A stretch of 63,996 nucleotides of DNA, filler included, from Porpidia crustulata (Eukaryota), in the NCBI GenBank assembly GCA_964255105.1. It is 6 parts of 6 records of this genome, joined end to end, with 100 filler letters (N's around TTAATTAATTAA, not from the genome) between each part and the next. Parts side by side here need not be neighbours in the genome. Positions count along the whole stretch, not along the records: positions 21,491 to 32,126 come from CAXUWE010000747.1; positions 32,227 to 42,862 come from CAXUWE010000748.1; 4 more parts are not named here. The stretch is one strand, 5' to 3'. Below the pieces are notes generated by a model, which saw only the letters and a list, made by a program, of their open reading frames with translations, ran no database searches and was not told the DNA's origin. The position numbers and the translations under genes were made by a program. Shown one piece after another: positions 26,696 through 37,604 of the stretch; position 1 is the stretch's first letter; each line of letters starts with the position of its first letter.

Positions 26696-29650
26696 ATGTA
26701 TGATCATGGAGACGTTGGGAATGCCTTCGCGATCCCTGATCTCTGGCAGAAATCAACGCTCATAGATTTGGAACGATCTGTAAATAGCTCTGACCCCAAG
26801 CATGAAGGACCGTTATTTGCGTCTTTGGAGTCCATGAGGGACGGCCTGCACAGTGGAAATGGTATCGAAACTCCAGTACCTCGAGGGATTATCACACCTG
26901 GCGAATATTTTTCTGCAAGCTTTCCAATCCCATCCGCCAAAGATCTTGACCTCCATCTACCTGATCTGTCATCTTTTGAGTACGGACCGCTCGAAAACCT
27001 AGAAAACCCCGAACTTTCCTCTGCATCTTCTGTTGACGGCTCAATTGGCGCGTTTTCATTTCAGGAGGAAGAAGATGAGGATATCTGGTCTTCAAAAGAG
27101 ATAATCAATCCACCACCCGTCCCTGCTGAGTTCAAGAGCTGGGAGAAATTTCTCAGTAAGGCGTCGAAGGAGCCTTCAACGGCATACTTCAGTGAAGGAG
27201 GTCCCAGCGTCTTTGACGCCTTGATCTCGCAATCTCTGAGGTCCCAAACAGATCTTCCAGCGAAGTTAGCCGGGCATGTTTTACAATGTGGTCCCGTGCT
27301 AGAGAGTTTATTACAGCTTGGGCTAGGTAGAGAATCATCACTGTATCGCTGGGTGGAACAAGAAAGCTCGTTTCGGCCTTTTCTTGAAGATGGTCGGGTG
27401 TCAGGGTATACTTCTAAATCTTTCAACAGTTTAGCTGCACAATTCATTGGCTACGGAAACCAAATGAGGGAGTTACGCTCTTTCATCGAAGCGTCATATC
27501 ATTCCAGCAAGCCCATTGCCTCATTAATCGCTATGGCACATGGGTTTACGGAGGTTCTTACGACTTTGGAAACACAACTTAGCCCATCCTCAATAACGCT
27601 CAGTAGCTTACTGCAGCTTCAATCATTATTCCATAGGCCTGCCCTTATACTGTCTTGCCTCAATGACATGGTTGCGAGACTCAGCACCGCCAGAACCGAC
27701 AAAGAGCTTCTCTCTAAGCTCTACGATCTTGCTCTGGAATTAGAGCTTTCAACTACCTGGCTTCGACCAGTGGTTTTCCAGATCCTCGCACACGTTTCGA
27801 GACCGTGGCTGGACTCGGTCAGCGGGTGGATAGGCTTGCGGAAAGAATTCAGTCCTGTCACTTGGAATCCTCCAAGAGATTCTGTTACCTTAGAAGCTAA
27901 GGTCTCGAACGATGAGGATGGCAACGAGATTCAGGAGTTGGATGCTATCATGTTAAGATCAATGCCAAGCTTCATGACAAGCGAGAATGCCAATTCTATT
28001 ATTGAGGCCGGTATTGGTCTGCAAATACTTCGTGCCCACAAGCCTGAACATCCACTTGGAAGACTGGAAGTGTTCCCATCTTTGGAGTCTTCGAAACTCG
28101 AATGGCAATTCTTATGGCAAGATGCTGAGAGAATTCAAGCACAAGCTGAAGAGTACGAGAACAGTCTCCTAAAGATTATCAGCGAGTTTGATTTGAGTAC
28201 GAGTAGAGGGCAAATGCCATGTATTGAAGAGGAATCGTTGCAGCAAATGCCCCTTGGATTGTTTGAAGCTTCTATGGAGACTTCCAAAGAGGATTATGAA
28301 CTACCGCTTGAAAAACTAAATATGGCCCTTCCGGAGCTTCGGTGCCGAGACATGTTGTCAGAGACTGTGGTGCGCTGTAGCAAGCTGTGCAACGAGAGCA
28401 TGGAAGACGAGGCTGCTGTATTCGCTCCCCCTTTATCACTGGTACCGCTACTTTCTTTTACTCCAATTATAGCCACACAAGCGCGTCTTGTCAACAAGGC
28501 TTGCCTTCGGCTTCTTTTCAAAGAACACAGCTTACGTTCACATCTATCTCTCCAATATCGCTACCATTTCCTGGGTGACGGCATGTTCGCATCGCGGCTT
28601 TCTCATGCGCTTTTCGATCCAGATCTCCGGAGCGCCGAACGTCGCAAGGGCCGTTCACGATCGGGACTTTCTGGAACTTCAGGGCTTCAGCTTGGTTCTA
28701 GAGATAATTGGCCACCAGCCAGCTCTGAGTTGCGTCTGGCGTTAATGGGTATCCTTTCTGAGAGCTATCACCAAAACCGGCAAGCTGAAGGCTCTTCATC
28801 TCGCCGCCCTGAGCTACCCGGAGGCCTAAGCTTTGCCATTCGCGAAATGTCAGAGGACGAGCTTCAGCGCTGTTTGGACCCCGACTCCATCGAGGCCCTG
28901 GATTTCTTACGCTTGCAATACCGACCGCCGCCGCCCTTGGACGTTATAATTACGGTCTCATCGCTGAAGAAATACGATTGCATCTTCAAACTTCTACTTC
29001 GAGCGATACGAATGACATTTGTCATTAATCAGCTTTTCCATAATCGTCTCGAGTACTCTGTCCGGTTGCCTCACAATGTAGCTCAGCGTTTTACGATCGA
29101 AGCACGTCACTTTGTATCAGCAACTTGCGGTTATTTCTTTGACGGGGTGGCAGATAGTTGGGCCATTTTCGAAGAAAAGCTCGCAAATATCGAAGAACGT
29201 CTAAATGATCACAGTGAAGGCAACACTGAGGGTATACACATGTTGCGCAATTTCCATGAGCAAGTTCTTGATCGGATCATGTTCACCCTGATCTTGCGAA
29301 AGCGGCAAGGCCAAATCATGAAGCTGCTTGAAGAGATTTTCGCCTCGATCCTGAAGTTCTCGAGCACTACGCGGAGCACTACGCGGAGCACTCCGGTCAA
29401 CGAGATGGAGACTAAAGCGAGGGACACCAAAATCCAGGAAGTCTACGAGAGATTCAGGAAGAAAGCCAGGGTATTTATCAGCGTCTGCAAAGGGTTGAGT
29501 GAGAGGAGGGCGGAGGGTGGAACAACGAGACACGACCCAGATAATGACCTTTTCATGCCAAAAGGAGCAGATGAGGACGGAGAGAATACGATTGGACGGC
29601 TTTTGTTGAAGCTCGAGATGAGTGGATATTATTCAAAGCCTGCAAAATGA
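26696..29650 (+). CDS. GCP6: gamma-tubulin complex component, Spc97/Spc98 family (GCP6/Alp16-like)
   Basis: ~985-aa ORF with FAIPDLW, LLQLGLGRESSLY, LRSHLSLQYRYHFLGDGMFASRLSHALF, WPPASSELRLAL, ALDFLRLQYRPPPPL and C-terminal LLLKLEMSGYY; first ATG at 26696. Confidence 0.85.
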   Translation: MYDHGDVGNAFAIPDLWQKSTLIDLERSVNSSDPKHEGPLFASLESMRDGLHSGNGIETPVPRGIITPGEYFSASFPIPSAKDLDLHLPDLSSFEYGPLENLENPELSSASSVDGSIGAFSFQEEEDEDIWSSKEIINPPPVPAEFKSWEKFLSKASKEPSTAYFSEGGPSVFDALISQSLRSQTDLPAKLAGHVLQCGPVLESLLQLGLGRESSLYRWVEQESSFRPFLEDGRVSGYTSKSFNSLAAQFIGYGNQMRELRSFIEASYHSSKPIASLIAMAHGFTEVLTTLETQLSPSSITLSSLLQLQSLFHRPALILSCLNDMVARLSTARTDKELLSKLYDLALELELSTTWLRPVVFQILAHVSRPWLDSVSGWIGLRKEFSPVTWNPPRDSVTLEAKVSNDEDGNEIQELDAIMLRSMPSFMTSENANSIIEAGIGLQILRAHKPEHPLGRLEVFPSLESSKLEWQFLWQDAERIQAQAEEYENSLLKIISEFDLSTSRGQMPCIEEESLQQMPLGLFEASMETSKEDYELPLEKLNMALPELRCRDMLSETVVRCSKLCNESMEDEAAVFAPPLSLVPLLSFTPIIATQARLVNKACLRLLFKEHSLRSHLSLQYRYHFLGDGMFASRLSHALFDPDLRSAERRKGRSRSGLSGTSGLQLGSRDNWPPASSELRLALMGILSESYHQNRQAEGSSSRRPELPGGLSFAIREMSEDELQRCLDPDSIEALDFLRLQYRPPPPLDVIITVSSLKKYDCIFKLLLRAIRMTFVINQLFHNRLEYSVRLPHNVAQRFTIEARHFVSATCGYFFDGVADSWAIFEEKLANIEERLNDHSEGNTEGIHMLRNFHEQVLDRIMFTLILRKRQGQIMKLLEEIFASILKFSSTTRSTTRSTPVNEMETKARDTKIQEVYERFRKKARVFISVCKGLSERRAEGGTTRHDPDNDLFMPKGADEDGENTIGRLLLKLEMSGYYSKPAK

Positions 29651-29821
29651 CAGGCTTTCTTGTCAACAGGTCGTATGTAGCGATGAATAGGCTGTTGTTA
29701 ATTCGAGGATCTCTACATTGGCCACGCGTAATCTGCCACGTATGAAACCATTGCAAAGTAGATATTTGCTTTAATCGGATATTTCGGGATGCTAAGTTGA
29801 TGCTATCCAGAACGTAGAGTA

Positions 29822-29880
29822 GTGGTACGATCCTTGTGACGCATTGGTGTTAGCGCATTGGACGGGAGTGGTCAATCCCG
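29822..29880. promoter_or_regulatory. putative sterol-regulatory module: SRE-like site, two CCAAT boxes and CGG-N12-CCG
   Basis: GTGGTACGAT 29822-29831 (reverse ATCGTACCAC, SREBP/SrbA-like); ATTGG twice; CGG-gagtggtcaatc-CCG 29863-29880 (AtrR-type spacing); ~200-260 bp upstream of ERG5. Confidence 0.45.
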
Positions 29881-30080
29881 GAGGATTCGTCTTTCTGCAG
29901 CAGATACACACATACAGTAACAAATCTGATCATACCGTTTGCGAAAGGGGCAAAGGCGTGTAGCGTGGAAAAGCGCGGATTTGCTTATCACTGTCTTTAC
30001 TGGACTCTGACTTTGGAATTTGTGACTTGCCGAATCTGCGTCGCACAGATTTTTGCGAATTTCGGATCAGTACATCAACA

Positions 30081-31848
30081 ATGGCGGCAGCGGTTAACAA
30101 AAGCTTTGCCTCACCAGCAGCGAACGCCGAGTATCCAACAGCGCTGCATGATGTCGCTGGAGGTCTTCTTGCTCAAGTCTATAATGGCGTTAGTGGGACC
30201 AGTCTGACCATTACAGTGTTGTTGTTGCTCATAGCATACGATCAATGTGCGTCTTCTCGCTTCAGTGCTTCGACCGTCACTGATTCCTCGTCTAGTCAGA
30301 TACATTTGGAACAAGGGTAGCATCGCCGGGCCAGTATGGAAGACCCCCTTCATCGGACCTTTCCTAGAGTCTGTATACCCTGATATAAATCGCTATAAGG
30401 AGAAATGGGCGAGTGGTGACTTGAGCTGTGTCTCGGTGTTTCACAAGTACGGATACAATATTCGACTAGATTTTTCGGTCAATGCTGATCTAGAGTAACA
30501 GATTCGTTGTTATTGCTTCATCCCGTGACATGGCGCGCAAAGTCTTCAACTCACCTACCTACGTTAAACCCTGCGTTGTCGACGCAGCCCACAAGCTCCT
30601 CCGCCCAACGAACTGGGTCTTCCTTGACGGCAAGGCGCATGTTGACTATCGCAAGGGTCTCAATGGTTTATTCACCCGTCAAGCATTAGAAACATATCTG
30701 CCAGGTCAGGAAGAGGTGTATGACCAGTACTTTGCCAAATTCGTGGAGATATCGCAAGTTGAAGAGCGAGGAAAGCCAAAGCCTTTCATGCCAATGTTCC
30801 GGGAACTTATGTGTGCAGTGTCTTGCAGAACCTTTGTGGGGCACTATATGACCGAGGCAGCTGTCAAAAAGATTGCGGATGATTACTACAACATCACTGC
30901 TGCATTGGAATTGGTCAATTTTCCGATTATTCTACCATTTACCAAGTCTTGGTATGGAAAAAAGGCAGCTGATATGGTGCTGGACGAGTTCTCCAAGTGT
31001 GCTGCCAAAAGCAAGGCCAGTATGGCTGCTGGCGGCGATGTAACCTGCATCATGGATGGTTGGGTCAAATCAATGTTAGACTCCGAGAAATACAGGCAAA
31101 AGATCGCGAAAGGAGAAACCGTGGATCAATCCAAAAAGCCCGCCATCCTCCTCCGTATATTCTCTGACTTTGAGATCTCTCAAACTATCTTCACCTTCCT
31201 TTTCGCCGCTCAAGACGCCACCAGCAGTGCTTCAACCTGGCTCTTCCAACTCATGGCCGATCGACCAGAGATACTCGAAAAAGTCCGCGCCGAGAATCTC
31301 GCCGTCCGCAATGGCGACCGTAGTGTGCGCTTCAGCATGGACGTTCTCGAGAAAATGTCCTACACCCGCGCCGTGGTCAAAGAAACCCTCCGCTACCGCC
31401 CTCCAGTCATCATGGTCCCCTACGTCGTCAAAAAGGACTTTCCCGTCACAGACTCCTATACCGTTCCCAAGGGGTCCATGGTCGTGCCTTCAGTGTGGCC
31501 CGCGCTGCATGACCCCGAGGTTTACCCGGAGCCCGAGAGTTTCGACCCGGACCGGTGGATCACGGGGGACGCGGAGAAGAAAGTGAGCAATTGGTTGGTT
31601 TTTGGGACGGGGCCGCATTACTGCTTGGGCCAGACGTACGCGCAGTTGAACCTGATGGCGATGGTGGGGAAAGCGAGTATGTGGTTGGATTGGGAACATC
31701 ACGCTACGCCGAGGAGTGAGGATATCAAGGTGTTTGCCACGTTGTTTCCGCAGGTCAGGAAACCCTACATTAACAACCCGTCGAGGTGATTACTGATTTT
31801 TCGTCATAGGATGATTGTCCACTGGTATTTTCCGAGAGACCGGAATAG
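30081..31848 (+). CDS. ERG5: C-22 sterol desaturase, cytochrome P450 CYP61
   Basis: WASGDLSCVSVFHK/FVVIASSRDMARKVFNSP, NWVFLDGKAHVDYRKGL, FLFAAQDATSSA, ETLR, heme motif FGTGPHYCLG, final exon DDCPLVFSERPE*. Confidence 0.96.
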
Positions 31849-32126
31849 GATCGTACGCTTTCATCGACGGTCTCAAAATCTCCCTAGTCCTCATACTTCC
31901 TCTCGACTGAAATTAGATTTCCTCCTCTCTGGGTCTCTGGAGTGGGACTTCGTGGTCTTCTCAAAGGTTGGACAGCATATCTGCCATTTGACGAGGACCA
32001 CACGGTTGCTCTTCATTTAAGCCACTGTATAGACTCCATAGCATGAATTTACTAGTAATTATATAAAAGATCAAGTCCTACTTGTTCATTCCACCCGAAA
32101 TTCCCCATCCAAATCCATCCCATTTC

Positions 32127-32226
32127 NNNNNNNNNNNNNNNNNNNNNNNNNNNNNNNNNNNNNNNNNNNNTTAATTAATTAANNNNNNNNNNNNNNNNNN
32201 NNNNNNNNNNNNNNNNNNNNNNNNNN
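32127..32226. other. artificial contig-joining spacer
   Basis: 44N-TTAATTAATTAA-44N. Confidence 0.99.
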
Positions 32227-34964
32227 GTAGTAGACGTAGCGGTTGAGGATCTCGACAAAGAGTTCGACGGAGACGGCAGTGTCCATGCAAGCGTCGGCGA
32301 CGCGGAGAGCGCGCTGGAGGCATTCGAGGACGCGTTTGCCGTCGCGGTAGAGCTTTAGGGGAATTTTCAGTGATGTTGTCATTGCGGGGGATGGGGGCGA
32401 AAACTTACGGTCTTTGAGTCTTCTTCTCCCCTGGCGGGAATCTCAACGGCCCACCATAAATGGCTGGCTAGATAGACCGCCCGACACTGGTCAGGTTTCT
32501 TTAGTAACTTGCTGCCGTGTAAGGCGCACTTTGTAATCAGTGTGTCGTAATTCTCTTTCCCGAACGATCTGGTCCCGTGCAGAGCTCCAGCAATGATACA
32601 GACGGCTTGGAATTGGGCTCGTGAGTCGCTGATGGCTTCCTCGTAAATCGTAAAAGCTTGCGCGAAGAATTCGTAGGCGACCTCCTCAAAGCCGGTCTGG
32701 TCGGCTACTTGGCCACATGCGATGAAGAGACGGAGGCAGAGATCTGCAGCGCCGTTAACGCGGGTGTAGAGACCTGAGATGGAGTTGTGCATGAATTTGT
32801 AGAGAGCCGAGCATTGCGATTGCCAATTGTCACTGTAGTGCTCTCGGATTTTATATTTTCGAGCCAGCTTTAGAGATGACGTGAGGAGGGCAGGGGTCGT
32901 GTATTTGATCTGCTCGTTCCCGTCAGCAAAAGCTTTGCGGGTAGTTTGGAGAAGTTTGAATTGTAAATCGTTGTCGGGACTGTGAATCAAATGGACTATT
33001 CGTGCTAGCCAACCCTGCTCCAGTACGGTTTCCTCTGTCTCGGCAGTCCTCCTCTGGGTAGGCACGCCAGGATAGCCTGCAGGCTGCTGCATGCCTTCTT
33101 TTATCAGAACTCGGAGAATGTCAAGGACGCCTTGAAGATGTTCTGCGGTCGAGATTTCGGTATGGTTTCTGAGAATGTTTTGGGCTACTTCGCCGGCGAC
33201 TGCACGGCGAGTTTGATATGTTTGGGCGTTAAGCAAAGGGATATAACTGGGGAGGGCAAGAGCGGTAAAAAGAGAGAAATAAGATTTTATTGGTGCAAGA
33301 AGTAGGTTTAGAATATTAGATTGCGATGGTGCCGAGTGCAGGTCTGCGCTGTTGGCGAATTGATTAACTTTTTCATTGGCGTAGGACAGAATTTGGTCGA
33401 CGTAGTCTATACAGATTCAGCATTTTGTACCGTGGAGCAGTTCATAACTAACGTACCAAGTCGCTCCGGATATATATTACTGTTTACATTAGCCGGATCC
33501 AACAGCCAATCACCGAATATACTCACAGAGCCAAATTTGACAGCGAGACCAGCAAAGCGATTGTGTCTTGTATTTGTAGTCGCTGTGCGTTTACGAGATT
33601 CAAGACTTGGTCATAGAAGATCTCATAAAGTTTGACGTCTCCAGGTATACCCCTATTTTTCTTTGCAGCATCCTTCTCAGCCTCTTCTTCAGCAGGAGCC
33701 TCCTTTGAAGGTTGACCATCGGCTTCTTGCGGCGATGTCTCAGAGGGTTGGTCACCATTAGTATGTTCACCATTGGTTTGCTTGCCTTCTGCGTCTGGCT
33801 TTACTTCAGACTTGTTAGTTTCCTTGGCAATCTGCAATTTTTCTAACAATTTGGTCGTAGCTTCTTCCTCGTTATGTTGGCGATCTTCTGGAGATTCGGA
33901 TTCCGCTTCTCTCGCAGCATACGCAGATAACCTGTCCATTAGGCCAATGACAATAGCTTTGATATTTACATGGGGATTCAACCGAGCTATGGCGGATAAA
34001 AGCTGGTCGAGGGTATTTAGATGAAACTCGTCTGGAAATACTTGTGTAATAACTTCGTTACCCTGTTAGTGATTGGGATATATCAGACCAATTGTGATGA
34101 AACAAACCTTCAAGAAGATACTCTTGCGCCAATACATCTCTGCATTGAACGACTTGCTCTAGTAAAGGTTGCAGAATGACAGTCTTGTATGCTTCCAAGT
34201 CAACCAATTGACTCAACCTCACAAGATTACTCCCGACGAGCAGCTGCAACTCCTGCCTTTCTTTCGTCCTCTGCTCCCTTTCTCTTGAATGGCCTTGATG
34301 CTGCAACCGCACCCACAGTTTATTCATTTCCACGAAATTCGTCAAGATGAAGCTTATAGAGTCTTGGAGGTTTCCTTCCGGCCCATCTGCGCTCCCTTGA
34401 GGTAACGAATCCCTGGCTTGACCAGAAAGATAATATCTCAAGAAAAGCCCTCGGATGGGATGTTGAACGCCGCGGCTCATCTCCATCATGTCCTTCATTA
34501 TCTCCTTCACCGGCGCATCTTCAATTGCCATATAGACAGTTCCAACGGTAATCATTAGATACAGGCGGGGCACAATGTTACCAGCATACTGGACTAATTC
34601 GTAGAGGTCTGCTAGGTGGTTGACAGGATGAGATTCATGGAGATAGACAGAGAGGTGCCGTAGAGCATCAAAGACGGACATGTAGAGCTCATAATATTGT
34701 TTTGGTCCAAGGCTACTGGTTCGAAGCTCTGATACTAAAGTAGAGCTACACAGCGAAGTCGTAATTAGCATAAGTCCTGTCGTTTGCAGGCAGCTCTCGT
34801 AGTTCTCAGTACCTGCATTTCAGTGCATCCATGAGCTTTCCAGGTGTCTCCAAGCATTTGCGCATAAGATGTGTCTGCTGCCGCACCATGACCAAGGCAT
34901 CTTCCAGCAGGCGTGCCTGGTCCTCGATTGCGGGCGGCGATGCCATACTGCTTCGGTCCGCCAT
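32227..34964 (-). CDS. VPS35: retromer subunit Vps35, 3' end truncated by the contig end
   Basis: [95 protein letters not shown]; start 34964 or 34946. Confidence 0.96.
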
Positions 34965-35206
34965 TCTTTGCACAGTCTCGAGAGCAAGAATCTTCTCTTG
35001 AAAACAGAGCGAGTTTCTCAAGGCTTAGCCATGAAGATGGGATATAAACTGTCAGTATGCGGTCTAGAGCACGCGCGGAGTCGCCGCATTTCCTTCGGAA
35101 CGAGCCGCATTGCTTCAATTTGCCAAGACATCTGATCTTCACGCACTTATCTACGATTCTACCGTTCCTTGTTCCTTTGCAAGATCATATCTGATTTACA
35201 TCAATC

Positions 35207-35590
35207 CAGCTTCTTATCTGCTAGAAAGCCAAAAAGCGAAAAGAAGCCCACCTAGCCCGTTCCAGCTAGGTGGCCAAACACCGAATTGCTTCCTACCCCC
35301 CAGGATAAGAAGCCAAACAGCGAAAAGAAGCCTACTTGGCCCCGTTCCAGCCAGGTGACAAAACGCCGAATTGCTTCCTACCCCATAGGAAGCCAAACAT
35401 CGAATATCGAAATGAAGCCCATCTAGCCCTATTTGCCAGCTAGGTGGCCAAACACCGAATTTCTTCCTACCCCCCGGGGTAGAAAGCCAGACATCGAAAA
35501 GAAGCCCACCTAGCCCTACCAGCTAGGTGGCCAAACATTGGATTCGAAAAGAAGTCCACCTAGCCCTATTTGCCAGCTAGGTGGCAAAGC
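35207..35590. repeat. tandem array of alternating short inverted repeats (~85-90 bp period)
   Basis: Five CCACCTAGC-loop-GCTAGGTGG-type stems and three or four GCTTCCTA(CCCC)-loop-(GGGG)TAG(G/A)AAGC-type stems, with conserved linkers ccaaacaccgaatt and cgaaaagaagc. Confidence 0.9.
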
Positions 35591-36278
35591 GCCAACGGTG
35601 CCACTGTGCCATTTAACGGTCTGACTGAGCAATGGGAAGATATTAAGCATCGACTTTGGGATTTTCCACTTGGAACTTTCGTACATATACTGAATTGTGA
35701 TATCTATATTTAGTCTAGATTAGATTAAATTAGATAGCATCGTGCTTTATAGCCCTAGGCTGCATAAGCACGTATAAAATGAAGTAATAAAAAAAACACA
35801 CTTCAATTTAACTCGAGTAGATCGAGAAATGTCACTTTTCATCAATCAAAGCATCAACAGACATAATATTATCTTAAAGTGCGGTGGATCTCATTAGACC
35901 ACTGTTCATTAATTAAGTTATCTACATTGTCATTCTATCATGATTCACCGCCTCGAGCAACGCCTTTTCCATATGCTGTGTCCATCGATCGCTATGCTCA
36001 ACAAAATTCTCCAAATCATTCCCGCACCTCCCGTGAGTCTTCATATTCAAAAAGTCCTATTTCATAGCTCCTTGTCGTCGTAAGTACTTCTTCCGGCCAG
36101 CTTGTGCTTCAGTCGTGAAACTACCTGAACTCAACAAAGCCTCCCCCCGCTTTATCATGGGACTTCAGTGGACGAAGTGCTTGGCCCATCGTGGAGCGTG
36201 GGTTCTTACTGTCTCCAAATTCTGTATGTCATGACTTGCAGTTCTGCAGTTTATAATCCACCTCCTGACGTGACATCG

Positions 36279-36971
36279 TTACGGGCTAACAGAGACATGT
36301 CCTGAGCTGTACGCAGTCTGGTGAGTCGTGGCCACATAAACAGAACTCGTATTCCAGTATGAGTGCCACATTCCATCGTCAAAGGTCGTCGTAGTGCTTG
36401 CAGGCGGTATTGGCGCTACTGCCAAGGTAGATTGCACCCACTGAACAGTAATTGGTGCTTGGGGTATAGATGTAGAAGTGCTTTCCGAGCACGAAGTTGT
36501 CGATGTTGAGCTTTCAGGGGATTGAGGTGCAGGAGCCGCAGACATAACAGCTGTCGAAGACGAAGTCGTTGCTGCAGGGATAGATATGGTTGCTGAAACT
36601 GACGGCAGAGATGGTTGTGGCGAGGGTGGGGGATTCGTAGGTGGCTCTTTCGTAACAGTGACTGCAACAGTGATTGATGATTGCGATTGTTCCACAACCT
36701 TTGTAGATACGACGATCTCTGTTGACGGCGGTAGAGCACTTGGAGGAGCGGTAACGGTAGTTGTATCCTCCTTCGTCTGAGTGACAGTCTGCATGTCGAG
36801 TGTTATAGTAGCAACTGCTGCGGCTGCAGAACCGCCATCAACAGCTACCACAGAGTAAGGAACGCGCTTGTACAAAGGCATAGCAGCTTCTTGGGGCCTG
36901 AATGGCATAGCATAGACTGAGGTAGCGAAATAAGAAATTGAGCACATGGTAGAGAGTGGTAGGAAATGCAT
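36279..36971 (-). CDS. secreted Ser/Thr/Pro-rich protein
   Basis: Hydrophobic N-terminus, KR site, YSVVAVDGG, S/T-rich body, TFDDGMWHSYW motif. Confidence 0.7.
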   Translation of the reverse strand: MHFLPLSTMCSISYFATSVYAMPFRPQEAAMPLYKRVPYSVVAVDGGSAAAAVATITLDMQTVTQTKEDTTTVTAPPSALPPSTEIVVSTKVVEQSQSSITVAVTVTKEPPTNPPPSPQPSLPSVSATISIPAATTSSSTAVMSAAPAPQSPESSTSTTSCSESTSTSIPQAPITVQWVQSTLAVAPIPPASTTTTFDDGMWHSYWNTSSVYVATTHQTAYSSGHVSVSP

Positions 36972-37604
36972 GATGAGATTCGGGGTACTCAAAGATCAAT
37001 GTGATCTTTTCTGTAATGTGACTTGCAGTGCTTGTGCAACGATGACCGTTACGCAAGGTGGAGATAGCAGATAAAGGGCGACAAAGACAGAGAGACATAG
37101 GAGAAGACATGATCTATCACGAAGCCTTCAATGGCTGGTGGTTGGTATGTCGCGCTGGAGGAGGTTGGTAAATACCTGGCGGTTCGACGGGGCTGGCACG
37201 CTAGGAGGGAAATAGCACTTATCCCGATACAGCTTAGCGCATATATCTTTAACGCTAATCCCGATTTATATTAGCGCTGAAAGTGCCAAAAGTCATTGGA
37301 GCACATAGCAGGATATTCGACGTGAAGTGCTTCAATGACTTATGATAATCCCTATGTATGGAATACACTTCACGTCTCGTGGGAGGATACAATACGGAGT
37401 AACTTTGAAATGACAAAAGGCTCCATGGCAGTGAAGATATTCTTATAGTTTACAGAATCATGCTTATAAAAGCTATGTACAGAAGTAACTTATTATATCT
37501 AATATGTCAATTGCCATTAGTCGTCGTGGGAGATACATTTTGACAATGTTCTCGACCTCAGGGATATCTACTCGGATCCGAGTTCTGCACGAACCCTTGT
37601 ACGT

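Noticed and set aside
29363..29392. 12-bp tandem repeat in GCP6 (STTRSTTRST)
   Set aside because: Small in-frame duplication in a probable loop; unremarkable
35580..35588. GGTGGCAAA, an Rpn4/PACE-like site
   Set aside because: It is a variant of the last hairpin arm and not next to a proteasome gene; probably coincidental
35207..35590. CRISPR array interpretation
   Set aside because: Eukaryotic context, no cas genes, and the intervening segments are themselves repeated rather than unique spacers
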